DNA from: Amoebidium appalachense
Taxonomy: Eukaryota > Protista > Ichthyosporea
Reading direction: 5' to 3'
Assembly (NCBI GenBank): GCA_963693365.1
Contig: CAVNZM010000007.1
Location: 3,529,462 to 3,593,461 of the forward strand
DNA length: 64,000 nucleotides
Shown here piece by piece: positions 11,255 to 22,477 of this stretch (position 1 is its first letter; every line of letters starts with the position of its first letter). The position numbers were made by a program, and so were the translations under genes. The notes under the pieces are model-generated. The model was not told the origin of the DNA. It saw nothing but the letters and a program-made list of their open reading frames with translations, and did no database searches.

Positions 11255-13803
11255 AGCAACGGGGGGGCCGGCAGCAAGGGTTGTTGGCCAGTGGGGGGGG
11301 GGCTCGGGGGAGGCACGGGTTCAACCGGGGCTGGTTGGTTGTGCCAGGACGGTTGGGAGATGACCACAGACGGAGTTTCATCGTCGTCGTCGGAGGGGGG
11401 GTCCAATGTCGGCAGATCGGGTTTGGGGGGAACGGAGACCTGATTGGTGCTGCCCGTGAATTTCGACTCGTCGAAGATCACATCACGGCAGATCTTGATT
11501 TGGTTGCTGGCAAGGTCGAGGATCTTGTGTGCCTTGGAGGGTAGGTCCCAGCCGACGTAGGTGCCGACTCTGACGGTTGATGCCAGCTTGTTCCTCTTTG
11601 ACCGGGGAACATGGACATAGGCAGGGGAGCCGAACACGTGGAGCTGGGAGACGTCGGGTTTGAAGCCGTGGAAGGCCTCGAAGGGAGTGTTGCCGTTGGC
11701 AGCAGATGACGGTGTGACGTTGATGATGTAGCTTGTATGCTTGAGAGCAGCAACCCACAACTTGGGAGAGAGAGGTTGGTCCTTGTCGGCATGGAGGAAG
11801 CAACGGACTGTCTCTTGCAGTTCTCTCATCTTCCGTTCAACAACACCATTGTGTTGTGGTGTGTCGACGGGGGCAAACTCCATGATGATGCCTTTCTGCT
11901 TGCAGTAGGCCTCGGTGTCCTTGGAGGTGAATTCAGAGCCGGAGTCAAACCGAAGATGGGTGACGATCTCAGGTGTCTGACGTTCGATGGTTTCAACGAG
12001 AGACTGAATGTGGCTGAGGGTTTCACCACGGTTGTAAAGGGGGAACACGGTGGTGTAACCGGTGGCATCACAAACACACACCAGAGCAACCTTGTAGCCT
12101 CCGTAGGAAGCACAGGGAGCTTCGAAGAAGTCCAGGTGCCACTTAGCACCGGGAATGGTGAACTTGGAACGGGTGCCGGGAAAGGGGGCCTTGGTGGTCT
12201 TGCCAGACATGCAGCCGAAGCAGTCACTGTTGTCGGGTGACTTGAGGGAGGGGGGCATGCCGATGACAAGCTCATCCTTGGCCATCCTGGTGACGGTGGA
12301 GAGGGCACGGTGGCCGAGACGGTTGTGCCAAAGGGTGAGGTCGTCGGGTGGTTGAGTCCTTGCTGTGTAGGCTTGGACCCCCGGGTGTTTAGGAGTCTCA
12401 ATCACATAGTCAGTGATGTAGTAGAGACCGTCGAGGGGGGTGAGATCTGTAATAATGTCACCATTACGGCTGTAGAGGAACGACGGGTGGTTGTCTGTAT
12501 CGTCACAATGACCTAGGAGGCCGGCAGCTGATGCCATGGAGGTAGACACGAGGAAAGACGGTGCCTCGGGTACGTAGTAAGCATTGATGCTGCACGGTGT
12601 TGGGTGGCCGTTGTAGTGCAGTGTTATGTTGATGATGCCACGTTGTTTGGCATTGACTGTGCCGAGGCCGTGAATGGGGGTGGGAGGACACGGGGTAAGG
12701 GAGGAGAAATACTCCTTGATGGGGCAGATGTGTGCATTACAAGCACTGTCCCAGACGGGGTCGTTACTGTCAGGTGTGCCGGTGGAGGAGATGAGTGCAA
12801 ATTTCACACTCTTGTCACCTTTCTCCTGCTGGGCACGACGAGCAACTGTGCAGCCAGGCTCCGGGCATGCTGTGATGTGGTGGGGCTCATGGCAGTAGGA
12901 ACACTTCACACTGTTGGTGTTGTGCTGTCGGTTACGGTTGTCCCTGTTACCACGGTGGTAAGGGGAAGTTGAACGGGGGCCGGGTGACTTGGAGGGAGGA
13001 CGAGGATCACGGGAACGGGACGGGGAACGGTGAGGTGTATGCTCACGTCGAGGAATACGGTTACGGAGGTCACCGGGGGGAAGCACTCTGCTCTGGAGTG
13101 CACGGAGGGGACGGTTGTTGACGGTTGCACCTGTGCCTGCGTCGATGAGGCCGGCACGGATTTCAGCTCCTCGGATGTCACTGATGAGCATGTTGAAGGA
13201 CGGGTAGGCCTTGTTGTTCATCCAGTAGTCGGAGCAGAGACGTTCAATGTCGGGGCAGGCCAGGGCTGTGTTCTTCCGGATGTGGAGGAAGAACTTACGT
13301 ACGACATCCTTGTGCTGGACGGGTTCGTCGAGGCAGGCAAGTGTCGTAGCCAGACGTTGGAGACGGGTGAGGTATGCTGTGACGTTGGGGTAGTCTCGTA
13401 GTTCAAGCTCCTCGAAGGTGACTTGAATCTGGGTGACTCGGGCCTCCTTCTCTGCTACATACGCCATACGTAGGTTGTGGAAGACTTCACCACCGTGGAC
13501 ACCGTCTTGCATCCGGCCGGAGTCGTAGAGCTCGGTCGGGTGGACGGACTGGTTGAGGATCTGGTCGAGGACGTCGGAAGCTTTCTTGTAGGAGTCCTTG
13601 GTGGTGTAGCCTAGCCACTGGTTGGCTTCAGCGCCGTCAACCCACTGTGGCCTCTTGATAGCGTCAACGAATTTCTCGGCAATGGTGGTTCTAATGAACC
13701 GGTGAATGAGTGGCTCCCACTCGAAATAATTAAGACGTTTCTCGTCTCGTTTCTCGGACGGATTCCATATTGGAAGGTTGATATACGACGGTTTGTCAGT
13801 CAT
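11233..13803 (-). CDS. Copia-1 gag-protease-integrase
   Basis: CSYCHEPHHITAC knuckle, WDSAC protease, WHNRLGH...CFGC zinc finger, D-D-E (HLD, FDSGSEF, VERK); frameshift to RT in the G-run near 11261-11267. Confidence 0.93.
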   Translation of the reverse strand: MTDKPSYINLPIWNPSEKRDEKRLNYFEWEPLIHRFIRTTIAEKFVDAIKRPQWVDGAEANQWLGYTTKDSYKKASDVLDQILNQSVHPTELYDSGRMQDGVHGGEVFHNLRMAYVAEKEARVTQIQVTFEELELRDYPNVTAYLTRLQRLATTLACLDEPVQHKDVVRKFFLHIRKNTALACPDIERLCSDYWMNNKAYPSFNMLISDIRGAEIRAGLIDAGTGATVNNRPLRALQSRVLPPGDLRNRIPRREHTPHRSPSRSRDPRPPSKSPGPRSTSPYHRGNRDNRNRQHNTNSVKCSYCHEPHHITACPEPGCTVARRAQQEKGDKSVKFALISSTGTPDSNDPVWDSACNAHICPIKEYFSSLTPCPPTPIHGLGTVNAKQRGIINITLHYNGHPTPCSINAYYVPEAPSFLVSTSMASAAGLLGHCDDTDNHPSFLYSRNGDIITDLTPLDGLYYITDYVIETPKHPGVQAYTARTQPPDDLTLWHNRLGHRALSTVTRMAKDELVIGMPPSLKSPDNSDCFGCMSGKTTKAPFPGTRSKFTIPGAKWHLDFFEAPCASYGGYKVALVCVCDATGYTTVFPLYNRGETLSHIQSLVETIERQTPEIVTHLRFDSGSEFTSKDTEAYCKQKGIIMEFAPVDTPQHNGVVERKMRELQETVRCFLHADKDQPLSPKLWVAALKHTSYIINVTPSSAANGNTPFEAFHGFKPDVSQLHVFGSPAYVHVPRSKRNKLASTVRVGTYVGWDLPSKAHKILDLASNQIKICRDVIFDESKFTGSTNQVSVPPKPDLPTLDPPSDDDDETPSVVISQPSWHNQPAPVEPVPPPSPPPTGQQPLLPAPPLLCINPAT

Positions 13804-13866
13804 GATTGAAGCAGTAAGACTGAGAGATTTTCGCGGTTGTAGCGAGATTGTGTGTTAGCGTGCAAA

Positions 13867-13879
13867 GGGGCCGTAAACC
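13867..13879 (-). promoter_or_regulatory. Copia-1 primer-binding site (variant half-tRNA-iMet type, GGTTTACGGCCCC)
   Basis: Abuts the 5' LTR; aligns to GGTTATGGGCCCA at 33206. Confidence 0.7.
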
Positions 13880-14587
13880 TGTTATTTTGTGTGGGTAAAC
13901 GGAGAAGCAGAGAGCACAGATGGGTGTTATGTAAAACACAACACAAAGACACACGGGAAAAACACAACCGGAGAGGAGGAACGATTTCTGGAACCATAGG
14001 AAGTGAATACGACTGCTTGTGATTTATTTCAAGATGAGGTCCCTTTTATACTTGGGAATGTGAAACGATAAACCAATCAAAAGAATGAAAACTATGAGTG
14101 TAAAATATATCGAATAAAATGTCTGTCGACATTTAGAATATAAAACTCAATCCTCTAATGAAAGAAACTTCTAATAAAAGCACGGAAACATTTAATAAAA
14201 TGAAACCACTTATGTAACTATTAATTCATAACATATATTTATACATGTTCTTATCATAACACGTCTAAATATAATTATTCCTAATAGTTGAAGAACATAG
14301 CACAATGCTACGTCGTGGGAAAGAAATGAGAAAGGAATTAAGTTACTATATTTGGGAAAATACAAACGAGATATGATTGGATGACATATATAGATTTTGA
14401 CGCAAACGACAATACGTGTGCGCGAGCTAAGTATGTCGATACGTACACAGATCTAAGATGTCGTGTACACGGAAACGGAAAAGAAAGAAAGAAATGAAGA
14501 AAGGAAAAAGGAAACAAACTACAACAACTAATAAATAAATACCAAACTCAACTTCTAAGTCTTGCTGAGAATTAAGTGAAGATGACA
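13880..14587 (-). repeat. Copia-1 5' LTR (708 bp)
   Basis: Direct repeat of 8202-8910. Confidence 0.95.
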
Positions 14588-15709
14588 GTATGTGACGGTG
14601 GGTATGTGACGGTGGAAAATTTAAGTTGCATATTTTATCCCACTTGAAATCATCGCGCGCAGGACACTTACAGCCTCAAAGGAGCCACCGTCTCCTTATA
14701 CACACTAATGTACAGTGTACCACTGTAAGAGGTTCCATTATTAGTCGCTAAATACACCACTAATGGTCTAACATATTCACCGTGTTTTGGGGGGGGGGGG
14801 GGGGGTGGCATTTCATGGTGCTGTTTCGGAGTGGTAGGGGTAGAAGTGATAGTGCTGGTGTTATGGGGAAGGGGATTCTTGGGGGGGGGGGGGGGGGGGG
14901 AGGAAGGGGGAGGGGGGGGGGGGGGGGGGGATCAAAGAGGCCCGTGAGATAGTCCGTACATGAGATGTTACAGTACATGTTACTGAGCCACGTTCTGGTG
15001 GAGCCATGGGTATGTGTGTGGAGATTTTATTCCATATTTTATGCTTCTAAGCCGTTTGAAATTCACGCGCGTAGGACGCTTTAACCGCAAAGGAGCCACC
15101 GTCTCCCAATACACATCAATGTACAATGTACTAAGAGGTTCCCTTATTAATCGCTAACACAACACTCATTGAAACATCCGTAAAATTTAACCCGGGGCAG
15201 CACCCCATTGTGAGCGGGTCAGGTACGTGATTCGTACGTAGGGGAGGAGGGAACAGAGAGAGACAGGGGTGGCATTTCATGGTGGTGTCACGGGCGGTAG
15301 GGCTAGAAGTGATAGTGCTGGTGTTTTTTGGGGGGGGGGGAGGGGGCCCCAGGGGGGGGGGGGGAGCAGGGGTACCGGTAGCAGCATATCAGGGTGGTGT
15401 TATGGGTTGGATGGGGTGGTGGTGGTGGTGGTGGTGGTGGGGTTGGGATTTGGGGGGGGGGGGGGGGGGGGGATCAAAGAGCCCTGTGAGATCGTCCGCT
15501 CTGACATAGAGATAGTTATTTTACTCAGCCACATGATAGTGCCACATGCAGTGGGGGAACTATGCTTGTTCATGCAGTGGATATTTGTTTGGTTTCCGTT
15601 ACATTGGGTAAGATATACAGGGGCATTGATCAGTCAGTCGGGCCAAGCGTTACGTGTCACATGCCTGCCACATCAAGAAGAAATCATACTAAACGGATTG
15701 CTACCCCTC

Positions 15710-15740
<31 letters not shown>

Positions 15741-16050
15741 ACTGAAAGACACAAAGTAGGGAGACCACACATTATAAGCTGCATATTACAGTATAGTTAT
15801 GATTAGAACTTTCATAGAACTTACGATACATCTCGAGGCAAAAAAAGCTCATCATCCAAAGGAAAAACCCCCTATGTACAACCACTCCACCCAGAAAAAG
15901 GGAGCGGGGGGGGGGGGGGGGGAGCATCTTTGTTAAACGAATATATTTGTTGGCTTAAACGTAGTAGCCATTCTTACATATTCTAGAAGAACATGCACGC
16001 TAAAAGTCTAACCAGGCAGGAAACTCTGTCTACACCACAGCGGCTGGGTC

Positions 16051-16217
16051 TTAAATGCATGTTAGGCTGCAAGCAGTACTATCGAGGAGCAAACTTTCGT
16101 TGATGAAATCATTAATTGCCTTACGCGACGCAGGATATGGCCCACAAACGGCCTGAAATCTATCATCGAGTAGAGTAACACAAAAAAACAGGTTGCCGTG
16201 CACATGCGGGCGGACGA
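16051..16217 (-). pseudogene. Probable C-terminal continuation of the MULE-like ORF cut at 59051 by the outer Ngaro element
   Basis: Open frame LVRPHVHGNLFFCVTLLDDRF... lies directly outside the element's left end, on the same strand as 59051-59475. Confidence 0.45.
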
Positions 16218-18388
16218 GTTTAATTTTGGAAATTATTGACATAAATATTTTTCTGGTAAACACGTAGGATGGTGTCCAATATCAACAGGCTTCGTTTCAT
16301 GTTTTAGCAGTTCGCGTTCGGCGGCCCGCATACGGGCACCTATAGCCGATCAAAACATCAGATTCCACAGATCACTAGACCAAGTTTGATTGCCAGGAAA
16401 TCAACACTAATCTGATGCTCAGTTCGGTAGCTAGGTATATAAGCCGAAGATAGCAGATCAGCAAGCAACAAACACATCTTCTGTGTTTAGCACCTACAGC
16501 TTTACAGCTATATTTTCTTTCGGCCACCTGCGCGGCCCCCTCTCCCCGGCCCAATTCTTTGACGAATTTCCGGTCCACCGTTCCTCCCCCATCGGCGCCG
16601 TTACCAAGAAAGGAACCCCCCAAGTACCGTCGAATCCACCACCTCTCCTGGCCCCGGGTAGCAGTGTCAATGAGCATCACCTACCCCGACGAACTTCAGT
16701 CTTCGCGCCCGGGATGTCACCCAGCTCATTCTCGACGCAGGCCCCGGCTGCTACATGGCCGTGGCAGATGTGCAGGCTGCCTTCCGGCACATGCCCATCC
16801 GACCAGAAGACCATCACTTAATGGCATTCAAATGGCAGGGGCATTTTTACGTTGAAACCAGACTGCCCTTCGGCCTGAAATCTAGCCCAGCCATTTGGGA
16901 ACGGATCGCGGCCACCCTAAGGCAGTGGCTGGCACACCAGCACGGTATTACCCTCATCCGCCACTACGTGGACGACTGGATTATAGTCGCCCCCACACAA
17001 GAGCAGTGCCAACGTCACCTATCCACCTTCCTGCAACTCTGCCGAGAGCTGCACATTGCCATCTCCGAAGACAAGATGCAGGGCCCGGCTACCCGTGTCG
17101 TCTTCATCGGTATCGAATCGACTCCATCGCCATGGAGGCACGAATCCCGGCTTCCAAGCTCTCGGACCTACTCGACCTCACTTCCCACCCAAAGCCCACC
17201 ATCACCATTCGGGACCTCCAGTCCCTCCTCGGCAAACTCACCTGGTGTGCCCAGCTGGTTCCCCCGGGAGGGCCTTCTCCCAGCGCCTATGGGCCCTTCT
17301 CCGGACCCACCCACACCTTGCCGGCCACCACCACATACGACTGACTGCTGCCGCCCGGGCCGACATAGCCGAATGGCACCAGTTCTTCACATCATGGAAT
17401 GGGGTGCACCTCATCACACCCCCCACATACACCACCCTGGCCACCGATGCTGCCGGATCGGTGGGCCTAGGAGGCCACTGGATCGACCAATGGTTCTTCA
17501 TGCCCTGGTCCCCCTCCACCCAAGCCCTCTATGCTCATGAGGGTAAACTCGGTTCTTCCGTCATCGAACTCCTGGCCATCGCAGCCGCCGTGGCCCTCTG
17601 GGCCCCCTCCTGGTCCACCCACCATGTCCGTATTTTATGCGACAACACGGGTGCTGTGTCTGACCTGCACTCCCGGTCTTCCCCCCACCCCGTGATGGCC
17701 AAACTTATTCGGTTCATCACCCGCATGGAAATGCAATACCAATTTACGTTACAGGCATCCTACCTACCAGGACCCCTCAACCATCTGGCCGATGCCATTT
17801 CTCGTAACCAACTTCCCCGGGCCCGACGACTCCGACCGTCCCTGCAACCGGAGCCCTGCCCCTTCCCCTCCTGGGTCCACGAGTTCCTATCCCTTCCCTT
17901 GGGCTAACCCCCCCCCACCCCCCCCCCCCCAGATCTCCCGTTCCGGAGCAACGCTGGCAGATTGGCCCCCCACTTTGCTCCGGCCGTGCTGCTTCGTGCC
18001 ACCACTACCCTCCAGGAATGCCAGGCCCTGAGTCTCAACCTCGACTCTCGGGCCTTTTACTCCCGGGTGCAAAAAGTGTTCATCGATTTCTGTGTGGCAC
18101 CTCGGCTGCAATCCTCCTCCGGGTCCTCCCTCCCGGCCTCCCCACACACCGTGCAACTTTCTCGCCTGGTGTGCCCAACGAGGGGTACAGGCCTCTTCCT
18201 TAACCGGCTACAATCGGCCATCACCAGGCTCCACCTCGACATGGGCCTCCCTGCTCCCTACCCCCACGACAAGTCTCTGGCCTGGTTCCTACGGGGGTGG
18301 GCAGATGGCAGCTCTCACAACATCCGACCCCGCTCATCCACCAGGGAACCCCTCCTGCCCTCCCACCTCAGCCTACTCCATGGCCAGT
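16218..18388 (+). mobile_element. Outer Ngaro element, left part: variant A repeat, gag deleted, RT-RH, 5' half of recombinase
   Basis: A repeat carries the variant GTGTCCAATATCAACAGGCTTCG also seen at 58494-58830; junction at 16520 jumps into pol. Confidence 0.88.
16521..17907 (+). pseudogene. Frameshifted Ngaro RT-RNase H
   Basis: LPFGLKSSP, YVDD, TDAA, ELLA, CDN, ADAISR spread over several frames. Confidence 0.88.
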
Positions 18389-18658
18389 TGTTGTTTTTGT
18401 ACGGGTAAGGGAGCAGAGTGAAGAGAGAGATAACACATTAATGAGAGGGCAATCGGAGTTGTTCAGAGAATTGAAAGATTTCAAACAACAACTGATTCTT
18501 TATTGTGCTCTCGGTTCCCTTTGTACTTGCGACTTATCACCTTATCACAACTAAAGAGGGAGAACCAATCGGTTCTATCAGAAGATAGAAAAACACATTC
18601 CGACAGAGCATACGCATTCCAACTTTCGATTAAACTAAAGTTTAGAAACTCTTACTTA
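18389..18658 (-). repeat. Copia-2 solo LTR, U5-side piece
   Basis: Homologous to 44380-44669; preceded by TSD CCAGT (18384-18388); continues at 57158. Confidence 0.9.
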
Positions 18659-18839
18659 GGTTTTATTTGTGGAAATTATTGACATAAATATTTTTCTGGG
18701 TAAACACGTAGGATGGGTGTTCGATACCAACATAACCATGTAGGCTTCATTTCGTGTTTTAGCAGTTAGCGGTTGGCTGCCCACACACGGGCACCTATTA
18801 GCCAGTCAAAACATCAGATACCACAGATCACTAGACCGT

Positions 18840-18925
18840 GTTATGATTGGCTCGGATCAGATTTCACATATCACTAGATCGATTTTTGATTGGCTCAGAT
18901 CGGTAGGCTTAGGCATATAAGCACG
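18840..18925 (+). promoter_or_regulatory. Putative promoter in the Ngaro A repeat (two inverted CCAAT boxes and a TATA box)
   Basis: TGATTGGCTC twice, then (T/C)ATATAAG about 120 bp upstream of the gag ATG; conserved across A copies. Confidence 0.5.
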
Positions 18926-19037
18926 ACAGTTTTTAGCAGATCAGCAAGCTACAAACACATCTTCTGTGTTTAGCATCCACAGCCTTACAGCTATATATTC
19001 CTTTTCATTCTCCCTATCTTTCCCTACGCCGGTCAGC

Positions 19038-20213
19038 ATGCCGCCGAAAAAGCGCCAGGCCTCAGCCGCCGCCCCTGCCGCGGCACCTAAGCGCCTGACC
19101 CGCAGCGACCTCCGCCACAGGCTGACCAACGCTCCCGCGGACACTGACGCGCCTCCAGCGGCCCATACCACCACGGACCCGGAACCGCCGGCTACTCTCC
19201 CCTCCCCTCCTGAAGTCCCCCCTCAGGCCCCGCCGTCCCCGCAGATGACTTCTCAAGACGCCGTCCTGGCCGCCCTCATCGCCATCAGCACCCAGATGGC
19301 TGGCGTTCTGGCTGCTCTCACCAACCGCGACCCTCCCGCGCCCCCCCCCCGCGCCCTCCACACCCGGGGAGGTTTCCCCGGGGCTGCATCTCGGCCCTGA
19401 CCTAGACCTACCTGCCCTGCCCGCGCCCCCCATCACAGGTGAGAACACTGGCGACATTCAGCCGGGCACACTCCCGCTTCCCCCCGCGGATGTGCTGGCA
19501 GATTTGCGCGCCAATCGTTTCGTCGACCTGTATAAGTTCACCCCCGCCGCCCTCCTGGCCCCATCCAAGAAAGGTCAGCATCTGCGCATGGCCGACGACG
19601 GCAGCATCGAGACTTTTCGCCAAGACAAACCCGTTCCCCTGCGTTCACTCGTCATTTGGATCCAAGCTTGGACCCATTACATGGCCGCCAAGCACCACCT
19701 CGGCCTCCCCACGGACAAAGACGTACTTTGGACTCAACACATCACTCGCCTCAGCACCCGATACCCGTGGGCCCAGATCCACAACTATGACGTATACGCC
19801 CCCACCGTTGCCCACCAGCAGGGTCGGGCTCCGATCGAGTGTCCCAACCTGCTCGCCCAACTCCACCAGGATCTCCTCCTGCCACCCACCCACTCTGCTC
19901 ATCCCGGACGCATGTCAGCGCTGTGGCTTCCCCGACCACCCCAGCGCGGCCTGCCCCATGTACCCCAAGCCCGGCTGTGGTCTTGACGGCTTTAAGCCGC
20001 CCCACAAGCCCGGCGGGGGGTCAAACCCCTAACCGCCCTGGCCCGCAACCCGGCCCGGCAAAACCGGCCCGACCCGTGGATCTACCCGCGACGCACTGCA
20101 GGAATTTCCACATTAACGGTCGGTCCTGCGCTAAGCAGCCCTGCCCCTTCTCCCACGTGTGCCCGCTCTGCTCTGGCACACACCCCTGCAAAGACTGCAA
20201 GCACAATGCCTAG
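19038..20213 (+). pseudogene. Ngaro ORF1/gag with CCHC knuckle and CCCH zinc fingers, frameshifted
   Basis: MPPKKR start; CQRCGFPDHPSAAC; CRNFHINGRSCAKQPCPFSHVCPLCSGTHPCKDC at the C-terminus. Confidence 0.85.
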
Positions 20214-20592
20214 TCTACGCGCACACCCACACACACAGCTAGAACATAGGGGTTAGGAGCTAGGACACACGAGTACAGGGAAACGGAGCTCGGGAGAACG
20301 GGCCAATAGGGCTGAGTACAAAATTTCGCAGGCCAACTACGGCGCCCGCGCGCCTCAAGAATAAATGTCCCTACACAAAGACGTTTATTCTGGCCCCTGC
20401 ACATAATTTTACTCCCCCCCATCCCACGAGCCTCCCCCCCCCCTTACACTCACCTAGCACTCCCTCCCCCCCTTCTTCTACCTCTGTGTCCGCCCACACC
20501 CCCGCGTGCAGTGCTCGGGCACATTCCCCTGCACAGGGCCCCGCTGCCCTCCCTGCCAACCCTCACTTGGGCCCAGCTGCCCTACTCTAACC

Positions 20593-21415
20593 CGGGAGTG
20601 TGCCCGGCTGAATGTCGCCAGTGTTCTCACCTGTGATGGGGGGCGCGGGCAGGGCACTGGCAGGTAGGTCTAGGTCAGGGCCGAGATGCAGCCCCGGGGA
20701 AACCTCCCCGGGTGTGGAGGGCGCGGCGGGGGGCGCGGGAGGGTCGCGGTTGGTGAGAGCAGCCAGGACGCCAGCCATCTGGGTGCTGATGGCGGTGAGG
20801 GCGGCCAGGACGGCGTCTTGAGAAGTCATCTGCGGGGACGGCGGGGCCTGAGGGGGGACTTCAGGAGTGGAGGGGAGAGTAGCCGGCGGGTCCGGGTCCG
20901 TGGTGGTATGGGCCGCTGGAGGCGCGTCAGTGTCCGCGGGAGCGTTGGTCAGCCTGTGGGGGAGGTCGCTGCGGGTCAGGCGCTTAGGTGCCGCGGCAGG
21001 GGCGGCTGCTGAGGCCTGGCGCTTTTTCGGCGGCATGCTGACCGGCGTAGGGAAAGATAGGGAGAATGAAAAGGAATATATAGCTGTAAGGCTGTGGATG
21101 CTAAACACAGAAGATGTGTTTGTAGCTTGCTGATCTGCTAAGAACTGTCGTGCTTATATACCTAAGCCTACCGATCTGAGCCAATCAAAAATCGATCTAG
21201 TGATATGTGAAATCTGATCCGAGCCAATCATAACTCGGTCTAGTGATCTGTGGTATCTGATGTTTTGACTGGCTAATAGGTGCCCGTGTGCGGGCAGCCA
21301 ACCGCTAACTGCTAAAACACGAAATGAAGCCTACATGGTTATGTTGGTATCGAACACCCATCCTACGTGTTTACCCAGAAAAATATTTATGTCAATAATT
21401 TCCACAAATAAAACC
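20593..21415 (-). mobile_element. Inverted Ngaro 5' fragment (A repeat plus gag N-terminus)
   Basis: Near-identical to 686-1502; fused to the inner element at CCCGGG. Confidence 0.9.
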
Positions 21416-22428
21416 AATATGTATTCTATATTAGAAATGATATTGATTGTATACCACTTCTATATATACCTATATAGGTATCTGAATATATAAATGATGT
21501 CTATATGGATATCTCTCTATCTATTCACCCCCCCCCCCCCCCCGGTTCCCCACCTCCCCCCCCCCCCCTCTCCCCCCCCCCGTTTCCCCCCCCCCCCCCC
21601 CCGTTGGGATGGTGACACATGTTCTATGACGGCTGCACACTTAAGGTTTTTCTTTAATTAATCATGCTCTCCAGGAGCATGTGACACAAACGCTATTATC
21701 CAACTTCCAAACTTCTACATTTTCTATCGTATCAACATGCGCGTTTATAACTTCTACAAGAATAATTGCTTATTTAGTTGATTTCTAACCATAATACAAT
21801 GACAACTACTTAGTCTAGTACTCCAATCTTTGCTCGTCGCCTTATTCCCCGCAGACTCTCTTGTGGCACTGATTCTTGTTCCTCGCTGTGGCTGTGGCTG
21901 CTGACGTCCTCAGGGTCGTTACTGGGTGGTGGGTCAATCACATGGCACTCCGTCAACACGCATGTCCTCGAGCTGCTCCCGCGTGGGGGGGGGGGTGGGG
22001 GGGGGGGGGGTTAGTACATGTCATTCCCTCCCCTCGTGCAATTTGTAATAGGATATGGTTGCTGGAAGCCTCGACGTAACCCTTTACAAGTATAACGACT
22101 ACTAAGGGATACATTGAGAACCAAAATACATTATTGTGCATACACACCCGATCCCACTCACACCTACATGTGCGCACATACAGAGAGATGGGGGGGAAGG
22201 AGAGGTGGGAGAACAGGCGTTTTGGGGGGGGGGGGGGGGGGGGATGGTGATCAAGAATATATAACAATGTTTATACAAATATAGCACACACACACACACA
22301 CTGATGCACACTACACCCACACACACAGAACACGATGCACCAAAGTAACCAAGTGAGTGGGAAGAGAGATCAGCAAACAGCAAATTAGTTTATATAGAAC
22401 TTAAGGCAAGGTGGATGGGAAGCTGTGT

Positions 22429-22477
<49 letters not shown>

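Larger units (their letters stand above)
8202..14587 (-). mobile_element. Full-length Ty1/Copia LTR retrotransposon (Copia-1), recent insertion
   Basis: TG..CA LTRs at 8202-8910 and 13880-14587; 5-bp TSD GTATG (8197-8201, 14588-14592); PPT at 8911-8921; domain order gag-PR-IN-RT-RH. Confidence 0.97.
18659..20593 (+). mobile_element. Inner Ngaro element, left part: A1 repeat, complete gag, start of pol
   Basis: A repeat at 18659-19007; interrupts the Copia-2 LTR at CTTACTTA^AATAAA. Confidence 0.9.

Noticed and set aside
11233-11270. Possible programmed frameshift in Copia pol
   Set aside because: Lies in a G-run and is absent from Copia-2, whose own frameshift (about 54380) is absent from Copia-1; mutation or sequencing error is more likely
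16218-16760. Dense small deletions suggesting an old, divergent subfamily
   Set aside because: The pattern is equally consistent with locally poor consensus quality; not used for dating
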